Shown here piece after piece: positions 46,871 through 56,157 of a DNA stretch of 64,000 nucleotides. The notes under the pieces are model-generated. The model searched no databases. It saw only the letters and a list, made by a program, of their open reading frames with translations, and was not told where the DNA came from. Origin of the DNA: Candidatus Eiseniibacteriota bacterium (GTDB lineage Bacteria; Eisenbacteria; RBG-16-71-46); assembly GCA_963776245.1 (NCBI GenBank), contig CAVZLN010000006.1, positions 480,001 to 544,000 on the forward strand, read 5' to 3'. Made by a program: the position numbers and the translations under genes. Each line of letters starts with the position of its first letter. Within the stretch, counting starts at the first letter, position 1.

Positions 46871-48352
46871 GTGGCGCTTTCCCCTCCTCTTCCGCGCGCG
46901 GGCCCATGGCTTCGAGGCACGCTCCTCGTCGTCGCGCTGTTCTGGATCGCCGACCTCGGGCTGTTGCGCGCCGGCACCCCCTACCCGCTCGATGACACCT
47001 GGGAGTACGGCGTCGCGGCACGCCACGTGATGACGGGCGCGCCCTGGCGCACCAACGTGATCCATCCGCCGCTGTGGTCGCTGCGCGATCCCGTCACGGG
47101 CACCGTGCCGGTGCTGGTGCACGGCCCGCTGGTGCCGCTCCTGATGGTGCCGGTGCTCGCGGCGTGCGGTCCCGCGGCCCTCGATCAGACGGCCTGGATG
47201 TCCGCGCTGTTCGCGTGGCTCGCGGCCCTCTTCATCTTCCGCCTCGGCGCGCGCCGGATCTCGACGCCGGTGGGCGCGGCGGCGGCACTGCTGTGGACCT
47301 GCTCGCCCCTCACGCTGCGCGCCGTGCATCACGACGTCACGCTCACCGCGGGGGCGGCGCTGCTCGCGCTCGCGCTCGACCTGCTGGAGCGCGATCGTCC
47401 GCGCGCGCTCGCTGCCGGGCTCGCGCTCGGCGCCGGGGCGCTGGCCCGGCCCGAGTTCCTCCTCGCGCTGGTGCTGGTGCTGCCGCTCGCCCGGCGCGGC
47501 GCGTGGCGCGTGACGCTGGCCGCGGCGCTGGCGGTGTGGGCCCCGTGGGGATGGCACACCTGGCGCGCGGCCGGCTCGCCCCTGTACAACCTGTCCTCGT
47601 ACCTCCTCATCGGCTACACCGAATCGCGCTGGGCCCATTCGGTGCTGCGCGACTTCACGATGCCGCCGGCGGTGTGGCCGCGGACGCTGCTCGAGGCGCT
47701 GCCCACGCTGCCCGACAAGTGGGCGCACACCTTCCTCCCGGCGGTGAAGGCCGGTTCGCTGGCGCCCACCGGGGGCACCGGATGGCTGGTGTTGCCGGGA
47801 CTCGGCATGGCGCTCGCCGCGCCCGCCCTGAGACGGCTGGCGGCGGTGGCGGCGGCACTCGCGATGGTGCCGGTCGCCATCCTGACGCTGGCGGTCCCCG
47901 ACTCGCGCTACCTGGTGCCGTTCCTGCCGCTGTGGGCGCTGGCCGCCGCATGGGGCGCGGCGAGCGCCGCACGGCTGCTGCCGGTGTGGGCGCGCCGTCC
48001 GCGCGCGTGGATGGGGCTGCTGCTGTTGCTCGTGCTGCCCTCGCTGGGGCCCGCGATGCGCACCGCGGCGGTCGAGTCGCATGCGCTGCAGACGGAGCTC
48101 GCGCGCGCGCGCGCCCTGCTCGAACCGCTCCGGGCCATCCACGGGGTGCCCGGTGAACCCATCGCACCGCTGTTCACCGACCGGCCCGATCTCGCCGCGT
48201 GGACCACCGGGCGGAGCGCGGTCTGGCTCACGCGCGCGGAGTACGAGCGGCTGCCCCGGGTCGCGGCCACGGAAGCCGGCGCTCCCCGCCGGGCCTCGCC
48301 CGCGATCCCGTCGCGCGAGGACGGCGTGCCGATCTGGTTCGGCGAGGACTGA
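46871..48352 (+). CDS. Polytopic membrane protein, probable GT-C (ArnT/PMT-like) glycosyltransferase
   Basis: First-loop DDTWEY..AR, HGPLVP, LARPE, DSRYLVP; many TM segments. Confidence 0.65.
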   Translation: MALSPPLPRAGPWLRGTLLVVALFWIADLGLLRAGTPYPLDDTWEYGVAARHVMTGAPWRTNVIHPPLWSLRDPVTGTVPVLVHGPLVPLLMVPVLAACGPAALDQTAWMSALFAWLAALFIFRLGARRISTPVGAAAALLWTCSPLTLRAVHHDVTLTAGAALLALALDLLERDRPRALAAGLALGAGALARPEFLLALVLVLPLARRGAWRVTLAAALAVWAPWGWHTWRAAGSPLYNLSSYLLIGYTESRWAHSVLRDFTMPPAVWPRTLLEALPTLPDKWAHTFLPAVKAGSLAPTGGTGWLVLPGLGMALAAPALRRLAAVAAALAMVPVAILTLAVPDSRYLVPFLPLWALAAAWGAASAARLLPVWARRPRAWMGLLLLLVLPSLGPAMRTAAVESHALQTELARARALLEPLRAIHGVPGEPIAPLFTDRPDLAAWTTGRSAVWLTRAEYERLPRVAATEAGAPRRASPAIPSREDGVPIWFGED

Positions 48353-48412
48353 GCCCGCTCGCGGGCCGCGCCGCAGGACGCCTGCGGTTCCCGGCGCCGC
48401 GCCCGCGGCGGG

Positions 48413-49627
48413 CTACTCGTAGCGCAGCGCTTCCACCGGATCGAGCTGTGAGGCCCGATGCGCGGGGTACCAGCCGAAGAACAAGCCGACCATCGCCGCG
48501 AAGCCGAACGCCACGGTGACCGCGCTCGCCTCGATGACGGTGGGCCAGCTCGCCAGCTGGGTGATGAGCGTGGCCGCTCCCACCCCGAGCGCCACTCCCA
48601 GCGCGCCGCCACCGAGCGAGAGCATCGCCGACTCGACCAGGAACTGGAGCAGGATGTCGCGGCGTCGCGCGCCGATCGCCCGCCGGATGCCGATCTCGCG
48701 GGTGCGCTCGGTGACCGACACCAGCATGATGTTCATGATGCCGATGCCGCCCACCAGCAGCGACACCGCGGCGACGCTCGCCAGCAGCAGGGTCATCACC
48801 TTGCTGGTCGCCTCGGCGGTGTTCGCCACCTCGAGCTGGGTGCGCATGAAGAAGTCGAGGTCTCCGCCTGGGCGGATCTTGTGACGCTGGCGCAGCAGGT
48901 CGGTGATCTGATTGACGGCGTCGTCCACCGCCGACTCGCCGACCGCCGACAGGACGATGTTGTGCACCCAGGTGATGCCGAGGAGCTTGCGCTGCACGGT
49001 GGTGAGCGGGGCGAAGATGACGTCGTCCTGGTCGCCGTGATCGGTGCCGCCCTTGGCGGTCATGACGCCGACGACGCGGAACGGCACCTCCTGGATGCGG
49101 ATGATGGCGCCCACGGGACTGCCCTCCCCGAACAGCTGGCGCGCGGTGCTCCGGCCGAGCACGCACACCTTGGCGGCGCCCCGCACGTCGGAGTCGGTGA
49201 TGAACACCCCGCTCTCGACCGGCCACTGGCGCACGTCGCTGAACGCGGCGGTCACGCCCTGGATGCTGGTGCCCCAGTTCTGGTTCCCGTACACGACCTG
49301 CCGGTTGGTGCGCACCACCGGCGCCACCGCGGCCACCGCCGGGCACTCGCGCCCGATGGCGGCGGCATCGTCCAGCGTCAGGGTCGTGATGCCTCCCATG
49401 CCCATGTGCGCGCCACCGGCGGTGACCGTGCCCGGGATCACCATCAGGACGTTCGCCCCCATGGCGCGGATCTGCGCCTGCACCGCGGTGCGTGCGCCCT
49501 GCCCGATGGCCAGCGTGGTGATGACCGCCGCCACCCCGATGACGATGCCGAGCGTGGTGAGCACGAGACGCATCTTGTTGCGCGTGAGCGCGCTCACGCC
49601 GACGGCGAGCACCGACGCGAAGTTCAT
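48413..49627 (-). CDS. MacB/FtsX-family ABC permease without nucleotide-binding domain
   Basis: LTTLGIVIGVAAVI, VGGIGIMNIMLVSVTERTREIGIR, PAHRASQLDPVEALRYE. Confidence 0.93.
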   Translation of the reverse strand: MNFASVLAVGVSALTRNKMRLVLTTLGIVIGVAAVITTLAIGQGARTAVQAQIRAMGANVLMVIPGTVTAGGAHMGMGGITTLTLDDAAAIGRECPAVAAVAPVVRTNRQVVYGNQNWGTSIQGVTAAFSDVRQWPVESGVFITDSDVRGAAKVCVLGRSTARQLFGEGSPVGAIIRIQEVPFRVVGVMTAKGGTDHGDQDDVIFAPLTTVQRKLLGITWVHNIVLSAVGESAVDDAVNQITDLLRQRHKIRPGGDLDFFMRTQLEVANTAEATSKVMTLLLASVAAVSLLVGGIGIMNIMLVSVTERTREIGIRRAIGARRRDILLQFLVESAMLSLGGGALGVALGVGAATLITQLASWPTVIEASAVTVAFGFAAMVGLFFGWYPAHRASQLDPVEALRYE

Positions 49628-50994
49628 CGCCGGCCTCCTCCGCCCATCATCGGACCTCCCATGCCGGGAGGCGGCCGCAGGTTGCCACGCGCGGTCACGT
49701 CGAGGCCGACGATCACGGTGCCGCCCGGCTGGAGCGCGTCGGCCCTCACCTCGGTGTACGCGCCGTCGGTGATGCCGGTGAGCACCTCGACCGGCACGGG
49801 CTTGCCGCCGCGCAGCACGTACACGGTGCCGGGCTTGAAGGCCGGGGGCTCGGTCGCCCCGCCGGCCGGCGTCGCCTCGCCGCGCATCCCGCGCATCCCG
49901 CCGCCCGCGCCGCGCGCGCGCCCTCCGGGCATCGCGCCACCCATGCCGTGCGTGGGCGCGCCTTCCCGCGGCCCCGCCACCGCCACGCCCCCGTCGGACC
50001 CGCCAGGGCCCGCGCGACCACTTCCATCCCGACCGCCGCGCTCGCCCGCGCCCCGGCCGCTCGTCCCGCGCTTCGGGTCCACCGGGGGCTTGAATCGCAG
50101 CGCCGCGTTGGGGACCCGGATCACGTCGTCCCGCCTCGCCACCCGCACGGTGACGTTCGCCGTCATCCCGGGCCGCAGCCGGAGGTCGGGATTGCGGGTC
50201 TGGATGACGGTGGTGTAGGTGACCACGTTCTGCTCGACGATGGGCTCGAGGCGCACCTGCTGGACCTCGCCCCGGAAGGTGACATCGGGGAACGCGTCCA
50301 CGGTGAAGGTGGCCGGCAGCCCGGGCCGGATCACGCCGATGTCGGATTCGTCGATACGGGTCTCGATCTGCATCGCGTGCAGGTCGTTCGCGATCACGAA
50401 CAGCTTGGGTGCCGTCAGGCTGGCCGCGACCGTCTGTCCGCGGTCGATGGAGCGCGAGATGACCACGCCGTCGACCGGGGCGCGGATGGTGGTGTTCGCG
50501 AGATCCACGCGCGCGACCTCGAGCTGCGCCCGCGCCTGCTTCACGTCGGCCTCCCGCTGGCGCACCTGCACCTCGGCGGCCTCGACGTCGGCCTGCGAGA
50601 CGTAGTTCTCGGAGATCAGCTCCTTCGCGCGCCGGAACTGGCGCTGGCCGTCGAGCAGCGCCGCCTCCGCCCGCGCCACCGCGGCCTCGGCCTGGAGCTG
50701 GCGGGCACGGAACGACGACGACTCGATCTGGAGCAGCACCTGGCCCTTGCGCACCTGCGAGTTGTAGTCGGCGAACAGCTCCGCGACCGTGCCGCTCACC
50801 TGGCTGCCGATCTCCACCTGCACCACCGGGCGCACCGTGCCGGTGGCCGAGACCTGGGACTCGATGGAGCCGCGCTCGACCGCCGCGGTGCGGAAGCGCG
50901 GGGCCTCGGGGGCGCGGCTGCGGAGCCACCCGACGAAGGCCAGCGCCGCCACCACGAGTGCGATGGCCAGGATGATCGTGCGAGATCGGTTCAC
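49624..50994 (-). CDS. MacA-like efflux periplasmic adaptor subunit
   Basis: VEIGSQVSG, IRAPVDGVV, GQTVAASL, IDESDIG, LRPGMTANV. Confidence 0.92.
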   Translation of the reverse strand: MNRSRTIILAIALVVAALAFVGWLRSRAPEAPRFRTAAVERGSIESQVSATGTVRPVVQVEIGSQVSGTVAELFADYNSQVRKGQVLLQIESSSFRARQLQAEAAVARAEAALLDGQRQFRRAKELISENYVSQADVEAAEVQVRQREADVKQARAQLEVARVDLANTTIRAPVDGVVISRSIDRGQTVAASLTAPKLFVIANDLHAMQIETRIDESDIGVIRPGLPATFTVDAFPDVTFRGEVQQVRLEPIVEQNVVTYTTVIQTRNPDLRLRPGMTANVTVRVARRDDVIRVPNAALRFKPPVDPKRGTSGRGAGERGGRDGSGRAGPGGSDGGVAVAGPREGAPTHGMGGAMPGGRARGAGGGMRGMRGEATPAGGATEPPAFKPGTVYVLRGGKPVPVEVLTGITDGAYTEVRADALQPGGTVIVGLDVTARGNLRPPPGMGGPMMGGGGRR

Positions 50995-51106
50995 GGAGCC
51001 TCCTCCCGGGTCCTCGATGCCGGCGTGGGGCGCCGCGCGGATGGGTGCTCACAAGGGACGTCCGAACATAGCAGATGACTCGCGGGCGCGCCCCGCGGGG
51101 CGACGA

Positions 51107-51216
51107 GCGCCGCGCTCCGGGCGACGGGCGCGCGGGAGTCGGGCGCCGCGCTCCGGGTGGCGGGTGCGCGGGAGTCGGGCGCCCGGCTCCGGGCGACCGG
51201 GGCGCGCGGAAGCCGG
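51107..51216. repeat. Three tandem copies of a ~36-bp GC-rich unit
   Basis: GCGCCGCGCTCCGGGCGACGGGCGCGCGGGAGTCGG at 51107, variants at 51143 and 51179. Confidence 0.8.
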
Positions 51217-51231
51217 GGTGCGGGGCCGGGC

Positions 51232-52131
51232 CTATTCGCGCAGCAACCGCTCGTCGCCGGGCGCGGTGTGCTCCCAGTAGGCGATGCGCACCGTGTTCTG
51301 CAGCTCGAGCCGGCGCCCGGTGGTGGTCTCCATCTTGAGCATCACGTGCGGGGCCTCGGCGTCGAACCAGTAGAGGTCGGTGCCGCGCGCCGTGGTCACG
51401 GTGAAGTGGCGGGCCACGTACGCGCCGTCCGGGACCGAGAGCGGCACCGTTCCGACCATGCGCACGGTGGCCGGCACCGGCACGGTCGCCTCGAGCGGAC
51501 TGCTGCTGCCGACCTGGCTCGGCAGCAGCCCGACCCGCCGTTCGAACGGCGCGCTCTCCCCCGCCAGCGCGCGCAGCGTGACCGGGAGCGCGTCGGTCCA
51601 CCACAGCTCGCCCTTGGGCACGGCGATCGCCACCTCGCGATCGCCCTCGCCCTCCCGGTAGGAGTGCGCGGTATGGGTGAGCCGCCCGCGGCGCGGTCCG
51701 ACGCTCACGAACACCATGCCGCGGCCCTCGGTGCTGCTCATGGTCTCCTTCAGGGGACGCAGGTCGGAGCGCCTCAGGAACACCGACACCATCTGATGGT
51801 AGGCGTACGTGCCGGTGGGATAGTCCACGATGAAGTTCATCTTCATCGCCTCGCACGTCCGCCCCGGGATGGCACCGGAATCGCTCTTCACCAGCGAGGC
51901 CTCGAGCACGTCCTCCTTCATCAGGATGACCTCGGCGGCGGTCGGGCGGTCGGCGCCGTATTGCGCCGTGGTGCCCGAGTAGAGCGACACCTCGGCCTGG
52001 CCGTCGTCCCACCGGTGGTCCGCCGCGAAGGCCGGCGCGTGCGCCCCGGATCTCGCGCCCGGCAGCCCGCCGCATCCCGCGGCGAGCGCCGCGATCGCCC
52101 CGCACAGCACCGCGCGCTTCACGTGATCCAT
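51232..52131 (-). CDS. Hypothetical lipoprotein
   Basis: Lipobox LAAGC; WDDGQAEV..TGTYAYHQMVSVF beta-rich domain. Confidence 0.75.
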   Translation of the reverse strand: MDHVKRAVLCGAIAALAAGCGGLPGARSGAHAPAFAADHRWDDGQAEVSLYSGTTAQYGADRPTAAEVILMKEDVLEASLVKSDSGAIPGRTCEAMKMNFIVDYPTGTYAYHQMVSVFLRRSDLRPLKETMSSTEGRGMVFVSVGPRRGRLTHTAHSYREGEGDREVAIAVPKGELWWTDALPVTLRALAGESAPFERRVGLLPSQVGSSSPLEATVPVPATVRMVGTVPLSVPDGAYVARHFTVTTARGTDLYWFDAEAPHVMLKMETTTGRRLELQNTVRIAYWEHTAPGDERLLRE

Positions 52132-52135
52132 CGGG

Positions 52136-52798
52136 TCATCCTCCCTGGGCCGGGCCCTTCAGGTTGTCGTTCAGCGCCTGAGCGAGCGCGCCCAGCCGCC
52201 GGTCGAAGAAGTGGCTCGCGCCGTCGACCTCGACCAGCGTCCGGGGCTCCGCCCAGCCCGTGAACTGGGCGTGGAGCTGGTGCGGCGGACACACCTCGTC
52301 GGCGCTGCCCTGGATCACCAGCTTCGGGGTCGACAGCGTCCGCAGGACATCGAACGACACCGTGCCCACCGGAGGCGCGATCAGCACCACGCGCTCGATC
52401 GCGGCCTCCGCCGCGGCCAGCCGGGCGGCGATCCACGAGCCGAACGAGAACCCCGCCACCCACAGCCGCGCCCGCGGATAGCGCTCGCGCAGGGCTTCGA
52501 GCGCCGCGCGCGCGTCCTCGAGCTCGCCCTGGCCATGGTCGTGGGCGCCGGCGCTCGCGCCCGCGCCGCGGAAGTTGAACCGCAGCACCGCCGCACCGAG
52601 GGCGTGGAGCGTGGCCGCCGCGCGGTGGACCACCTTGTTGTGCAGGGTGCCGCCGTAGAGCGGATGGGGATGACACACCACGGCCGCGAGCGCGTGGTCG
52701 CGCGCGCCGGATTCCTGCAGCACCGCCTCGAGCCGGCCCGCCGGGCCGTCGAGCTCGAGGTGCACGAGGCGCGAGGGGCTCCGGTGCGCGTCCGTCAT
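52136..52798 (-). CDS. Alpha/beta-fold hydrolase
   Basis: CHPHPLYGGT, RFNFRGAG, GFSFG nucleophile elbow, GSADEV, ASHFF. Confidence 0.92.
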   Translation of the reverse strand: MTDAHRSPSRLVHLELDGPAGRLEAVLQESGARDHALAAVVCHPHPLYGGTLHNKVVHRAAATLHALGAAVLRFNFRGAGASAGAHDHGQGELEDARAALEALRERYPRARLWVAGFSFGSWIAARLAAAEAAIERVVLIAPPVGTVSFDVLRTLSTPKLVIQGSADEVCPPHQLHAQFTGWAEPRTLVEVDGASHFFDRRLGALAQALNDNLKGPAQGG

Positions 52799-53295
52799 CG
52801 GCGACGCGGACCCGGGGCCGGCCCGCCGAAGCGCGCGCGGAGCTTCTGCGCGAGCTCGGCCTCGAGCGTGGCGAAGTTGAGCCCATTGCCGTCGCCGATC
52901 GCCAGCACACAACCGGCGTCCAGCATCCACTCCTCGAACCCCAGCGGTGTGGTCTCCTCGAAATCCATGAGATCGCTGGTGATGCGCCCGGGAAAGGTCT
53001 CGAACTCGTCGTTCCAGGTGTCGAGGAACATCACCTCGTCCGTGCCATTGAGCATGCCCACCGACGACAGATGGTCGAGCTCGCCGGGGGCCAGCAGGAG
53101 CACGCCGCGATGCTGGCTGGCGCGGATGCCCTCGGCCCGCAGACGGCGGCGCAGGGTCGGCCACTCCCCCGGGCGCTCCTGCCCGTCGAGCACCGGGATC
53201 GCGCACATCGCGAGCTCGGGCATCAGGTCGAGCCAGGCGTCGAGGATGTCGCTGACCGTGGCGGTGACGCGACCGTGATGGAGCTTCTCGCTCAT
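52795..53295 (-). CDS. Hypothetical protein
   Basis: Ordinary globular composition; ATGA overlap with the hydrolase gene. Confidence 0.7.
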   Translation of the reverse strand: MSEKLHHGRVTATVSDILDAWLDLMPELAMCAIPVLDGQERPGEWPTLRRRLRAEGIRASQHRGVLLLAPGELDHLSSVGMLNGTDEVMFLDTWNDEFETFPGRITSDLMDFEETTPLGFEEWMLDAGCVLAIGDGNGLNFATLEAELAQKLRARFGGPAPGPRRR

Positions 53296-53360
53296 CGGCG
53301 TGCTCGGGGCTCGGGTGCGGTGCGGCACGGGCTGCGTCTGCGGCGCTTCCGCGGCGCATC

Positions 53361-55394
53361 CTACCGTGGCGGGCCGGACGCGGGAAGCGGGGCCGGACCT
53401 CCAGCCGCCTGGCGGCGCTCGCGCGCGGGGAGCGTGAGCACCGGGCAGCGCACCAGGTGGCGCAGCCCGGAGGTGGTGGAGCCGTGGACCAGGTCCTCCA
53501 GCAGCCGGTGGCCGTGCGACCCGGTGATGAGCAGATCGGCGTCGATCTCCTCCACCAGCCGCGCCAGTTCGGACTTCACGTCCCCGAAGCCGAGGCACCC
53601 CGAGGCGCTGAAGCCCGCCGCCTGCAGCTCGGTGGCCAGATCGTCGAGCGCCGTCTGGTCCTCGCGCGCTTCGCGGTCGAGGGTGTCGCGGCCCAGGAAA
53701 CGGCCGGCGGCGCTCTCGACCACGTGGAGCAGGACGACCTCGGCGCCGGCGCGCAGCACCAGGGAGCGGACGTGCTCAAGCACCGGGCGGTCGGCCTCCC
53801 CCAGCTCGAGCGCCAGCGCGATGCGCCGGTAGGGCGCCGGCGTGCGCTCGCCCGGGGCCAGGTGCGGGGCGCCCGCCTCCACTGGACGGGCGGGTTCGGG
53901 CGCCGCGGTCGCGAGCGCAGGCGCCAGCCGCCTCAGGAGCGGCATCGCCACGATGTAAGCGAGCAACAGCGCGATCGCGATCACCACCGGCAGCACCAGC
54001 GCCGGCAGCCACCACCCTCCCGGTCCGGCGTTCGCGAACCAGCCGGAGAGGGTGTCGTACACGAGCTTGGCGTTGAGCCCGATGATGAGCGCCGAAGCGA
54101 GCACGGCGAGTGTCACCAGCCAGGGCGGATTGGCGAATCCGCCCATCAGTCGTCGGTCGCTGGTGAAGGTCACCAGCGGCACCACCGCGAACGAGAGCTG
54201 CAGGCTCAGCACCACCTGCGAGAGCACCAGGAGCGAGTCCACCGAGCGCTCGCCGCGCAACGCGATGAACGCGATCGCCGGCACGATGGCGAGTCCGCGA
54301 CTGATCATGCGGCGCAGCCACGGCTGGATGCGCCAGTGGAGGAAGCCCTCCATCACGATCTGTCCGGCGAGTGTGCCGGTGATGGTGCTGGCCTGTCCGG
54401 AAGCCAGCAGCGCGACCGCGAACAGCGTCGACGCGAGCGAGGTGCCGAGCAGCGGGGCGAGCAGGCGATGGGCGTCCTCCAGCCGGGCGACCTCGTGATG
54501 GCCGGTGAAGTAGAAGGTCGAGGCGGCGAGCACCAGGATCGCGCCGTTCACCAACAACGCGGTGTTGAGCGCAATCGCCGAATCCACGGTGTTCATCCGG
54601 CACGCCTCGCGTTTCGCCGCCACCGACCCCGCGACCGCGCGGCTCTGGACCAGCGCGGAGTGCAGGTAGAGGTTGTGCGGCATCACCGTGGCCCCGAGGA
54701 TGCCCATCGCGATGTAGAGCGAGTCCCCCTGCAGTCCGAGCACGGTCAGGCCGCCGCCGGACCCGCGCCCGAACAGGCTCGGTGCCCCATCCGCTCCGCG
54801 CGGAATCACGTGGGACAGCACTGCCGCCCAGTCCGGGCGCGACAGCAGGATCTCGACCCCGAAGCACAGGCCCATCGTGGCGATGAGGCTGAGGATCAGC
54901 GCTTCCAGCCAGCGCATGCCGAGGCGCGAGAACGCGAGGAGCAGCAGCACGTCGAGCGCGGTGAGGAGCACGCCGACCATCAGCGGCAAACCGAACAGCA
55001 GTTGCAGCCCGATGGCGGCGCCCAACACCTCCGCGAGGTCGCACGCCACGATGGCGAGCTCGCACATCAGCCACAGCGGCATCACCAGCCAGCGCGGGTA
55101 GTACTCGCGGCAGGCCTGGGCCAGGTCGCGACCGGTCACCACGCCGAAACGCGCGGCCAGCGTCTGGAGCAGGATCGCAAGCAGGTTGCTCAGCACGATC
55201 ACCCAGACCAGCTGGTATCCGAACCGCGCTCCGCCGGCGAGGTCGGTGGCCCAGTTGCCCGGATCCATGTAGCCCACGCTCACCAGATACGCCGGGCCCG
55301 CGAACGCGAACAATCGGCGGATCCACGGCCCGGTGGCCGACACCGGCACGGTGCCGTGATGTTCGGGGAGTGAGCGGCGGTCGGGACCCGTCAT
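53361..55394 (-). CDS. mntH: Nramp divalent metal transporter with C-terminal universal stress protein domain
   Basis: YMDPGNW, GATVMPHNLYLHS, GTLAGQIVMEGF; USP GSHGH..G..VRCPVL. Confidence 0.93.
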   Translation of the reverse strand: MTGPDRRSLPEHHGTVPVSATGPWIRRLFAFAGPAYLVSVGYMDPGNWATDLAGGARFGYQLVWVIVLSNLLAILLQTLAARFGVVTGRDLAQACREYYPRWLVMPLWLMCELAIVACDLAEVLGAAIGLQLLFGLPLMVGVLLTALDVLLLLAFSRLGMRWLEALILSLIATMGLCFGVEILLSRPDWAAVLSHVIPRGADGAPSLFGRGSGGGLTVLGLQGDSLYIAMGILGATVMPHNLYLHSALVQSRAVAGSVAAKREACRMNTVDSAIALNTALLVNGAILVLAASTFYFTGHHEVARLEDAHRLLAPLLGTSLASTLFAVALLASGQASTITGTLAGQIVMEGFLHWRIQPWLRRMISRGLAIVPAIAFIALRGERSVDSLLVLSQVVLSLQLSFAVVPLVTFTSDRRLMGGFANPPWLVTLAVLASALIIGLNAKLVYDTLSGWFANAGPGGWWLPALVLPVVIAIALLLAYIVAMPLLRRLAPALATAAPEPARPVEAGAPHLAPGERTPAPYRRIALALELGEADRPVLEHVRSLVLRAGAEVVLLHVVESAAGRFLGRDTLDREAREDQTALDDLATELQAAGFSASGCLGFGDVKSELARLVEEIDADLLITGSHGHRLLEDLVHGSTTSGLRHLVRCPVLTLPARERRQAAGGPAPLPASGPPR

Positions 55395-56065
55395 GCGCCC
55401 TTCCGCGGGCGCAGCTCGACCATCACGCCCTCGATGCCCCGCCGGCCGGTGACGAAGGTGTGCCCCGCGACCTCGACCTCGTGGACGTCGTCGTGCGCGC
55501 GCACCGCCCGCACGCGCACCAGCGCCCCGGGGACCAGCCCGGCCTGCTTCCAGCGGGCCAGCCGGCCCGCGTCCGCGTCCACCATCTCGCGCACCGTGGC
55601 GCGCGCACCGGGCGCGAGGGCCACCAGCGGGCGCAGGACGCGCCGGCGGATGCGCCCCTGCCGATCGGGGATGAGGTGCCCGTGCGGGTCCTCGGCCGGG
55701 CGGCCTGCCAGCCGGTCGATGGCCTCGAGCACGCGCTCGCTCACGTGGTGCTCGAGCACCTCGGCGTCCGCGTGGACCTCGGACCAGTCGAGCCCGAGCA
55801 CCCGCACGAGGAACGTCTCGAGGATGCGGTGGCGCCGCACCATCTCGAGCGCGAGCCGCCGCCCGCGCGGGGTGAGCCCGGCGCCGGCGCGCATCTCGTG
55901 CGCCACCAGGTCCTCGCCCGCGAGCGCGCGCAGCATCGCGGTGACCGACGGCGGCGCGACGCCGAGGTGCGCGGCGAGCGCCGAGGTGGACACCGGCTCG
56001 CCGCCGGGGCCGAGCGCGTAGAGCGCCTTCAGGTAATCCTCGCGCGAGCGCGACAGCCGGACCAT
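55391..56065 (-). CDS. DtxR/MntR-family metal-dependent repressor with FeoA-like domain
   Basis: EDYLKALY, RRHRILETFL, AEVLEH, DPHGHLIP. Confidence 0.93.
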   Translation of the reverse strand: MVRLSRSREDYLKALYALGPGGEPVSTSALAAHLGVAPPSVTAMLRALAGEDLVAHEMRAGAGLTPRGRRLALEMVRRHRILETFLVRVLGLDWSEVHADAEVLEHHVSERVLEAIDRLAGRPAEDPHGHLIPDRQGRIRRRVLRPLVALAPGARATVREMVDADAGRLARWKQAGLVPGALVRVRAVRAHDDVHEVEVAGHTFVTGRRGIEGVMVELRPRKGA

Positions 56066-56072
56066 GGCGGTG

Positions 56073-56086
56073 TTAGATACGCCTAA
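56073..56086. promoter_or_regulatory. Candidate DtxR-family operator TTAGATACGCCTAA
   Basis: TTAG-N6-CTAA dyad just upstream of the repressor ATG, inside its promoter (minus-strand TTGACG at 56097-56102). Confidence 0.65.
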
Positions 56087-56157
56087 TCGCGGCCTTCGTC
56101 AAGCCTAAGGCAGGGTCGGGGCATGCAAGGCCGCGGCGACTGGGGTAGTTTCCCCGC

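Noticed and set aside
51107..51216. 36-bp repeats as a CRISPR array
   Set aside because: Units are contiguous with no spacers, and there are no cas genes or AT-rich leader.
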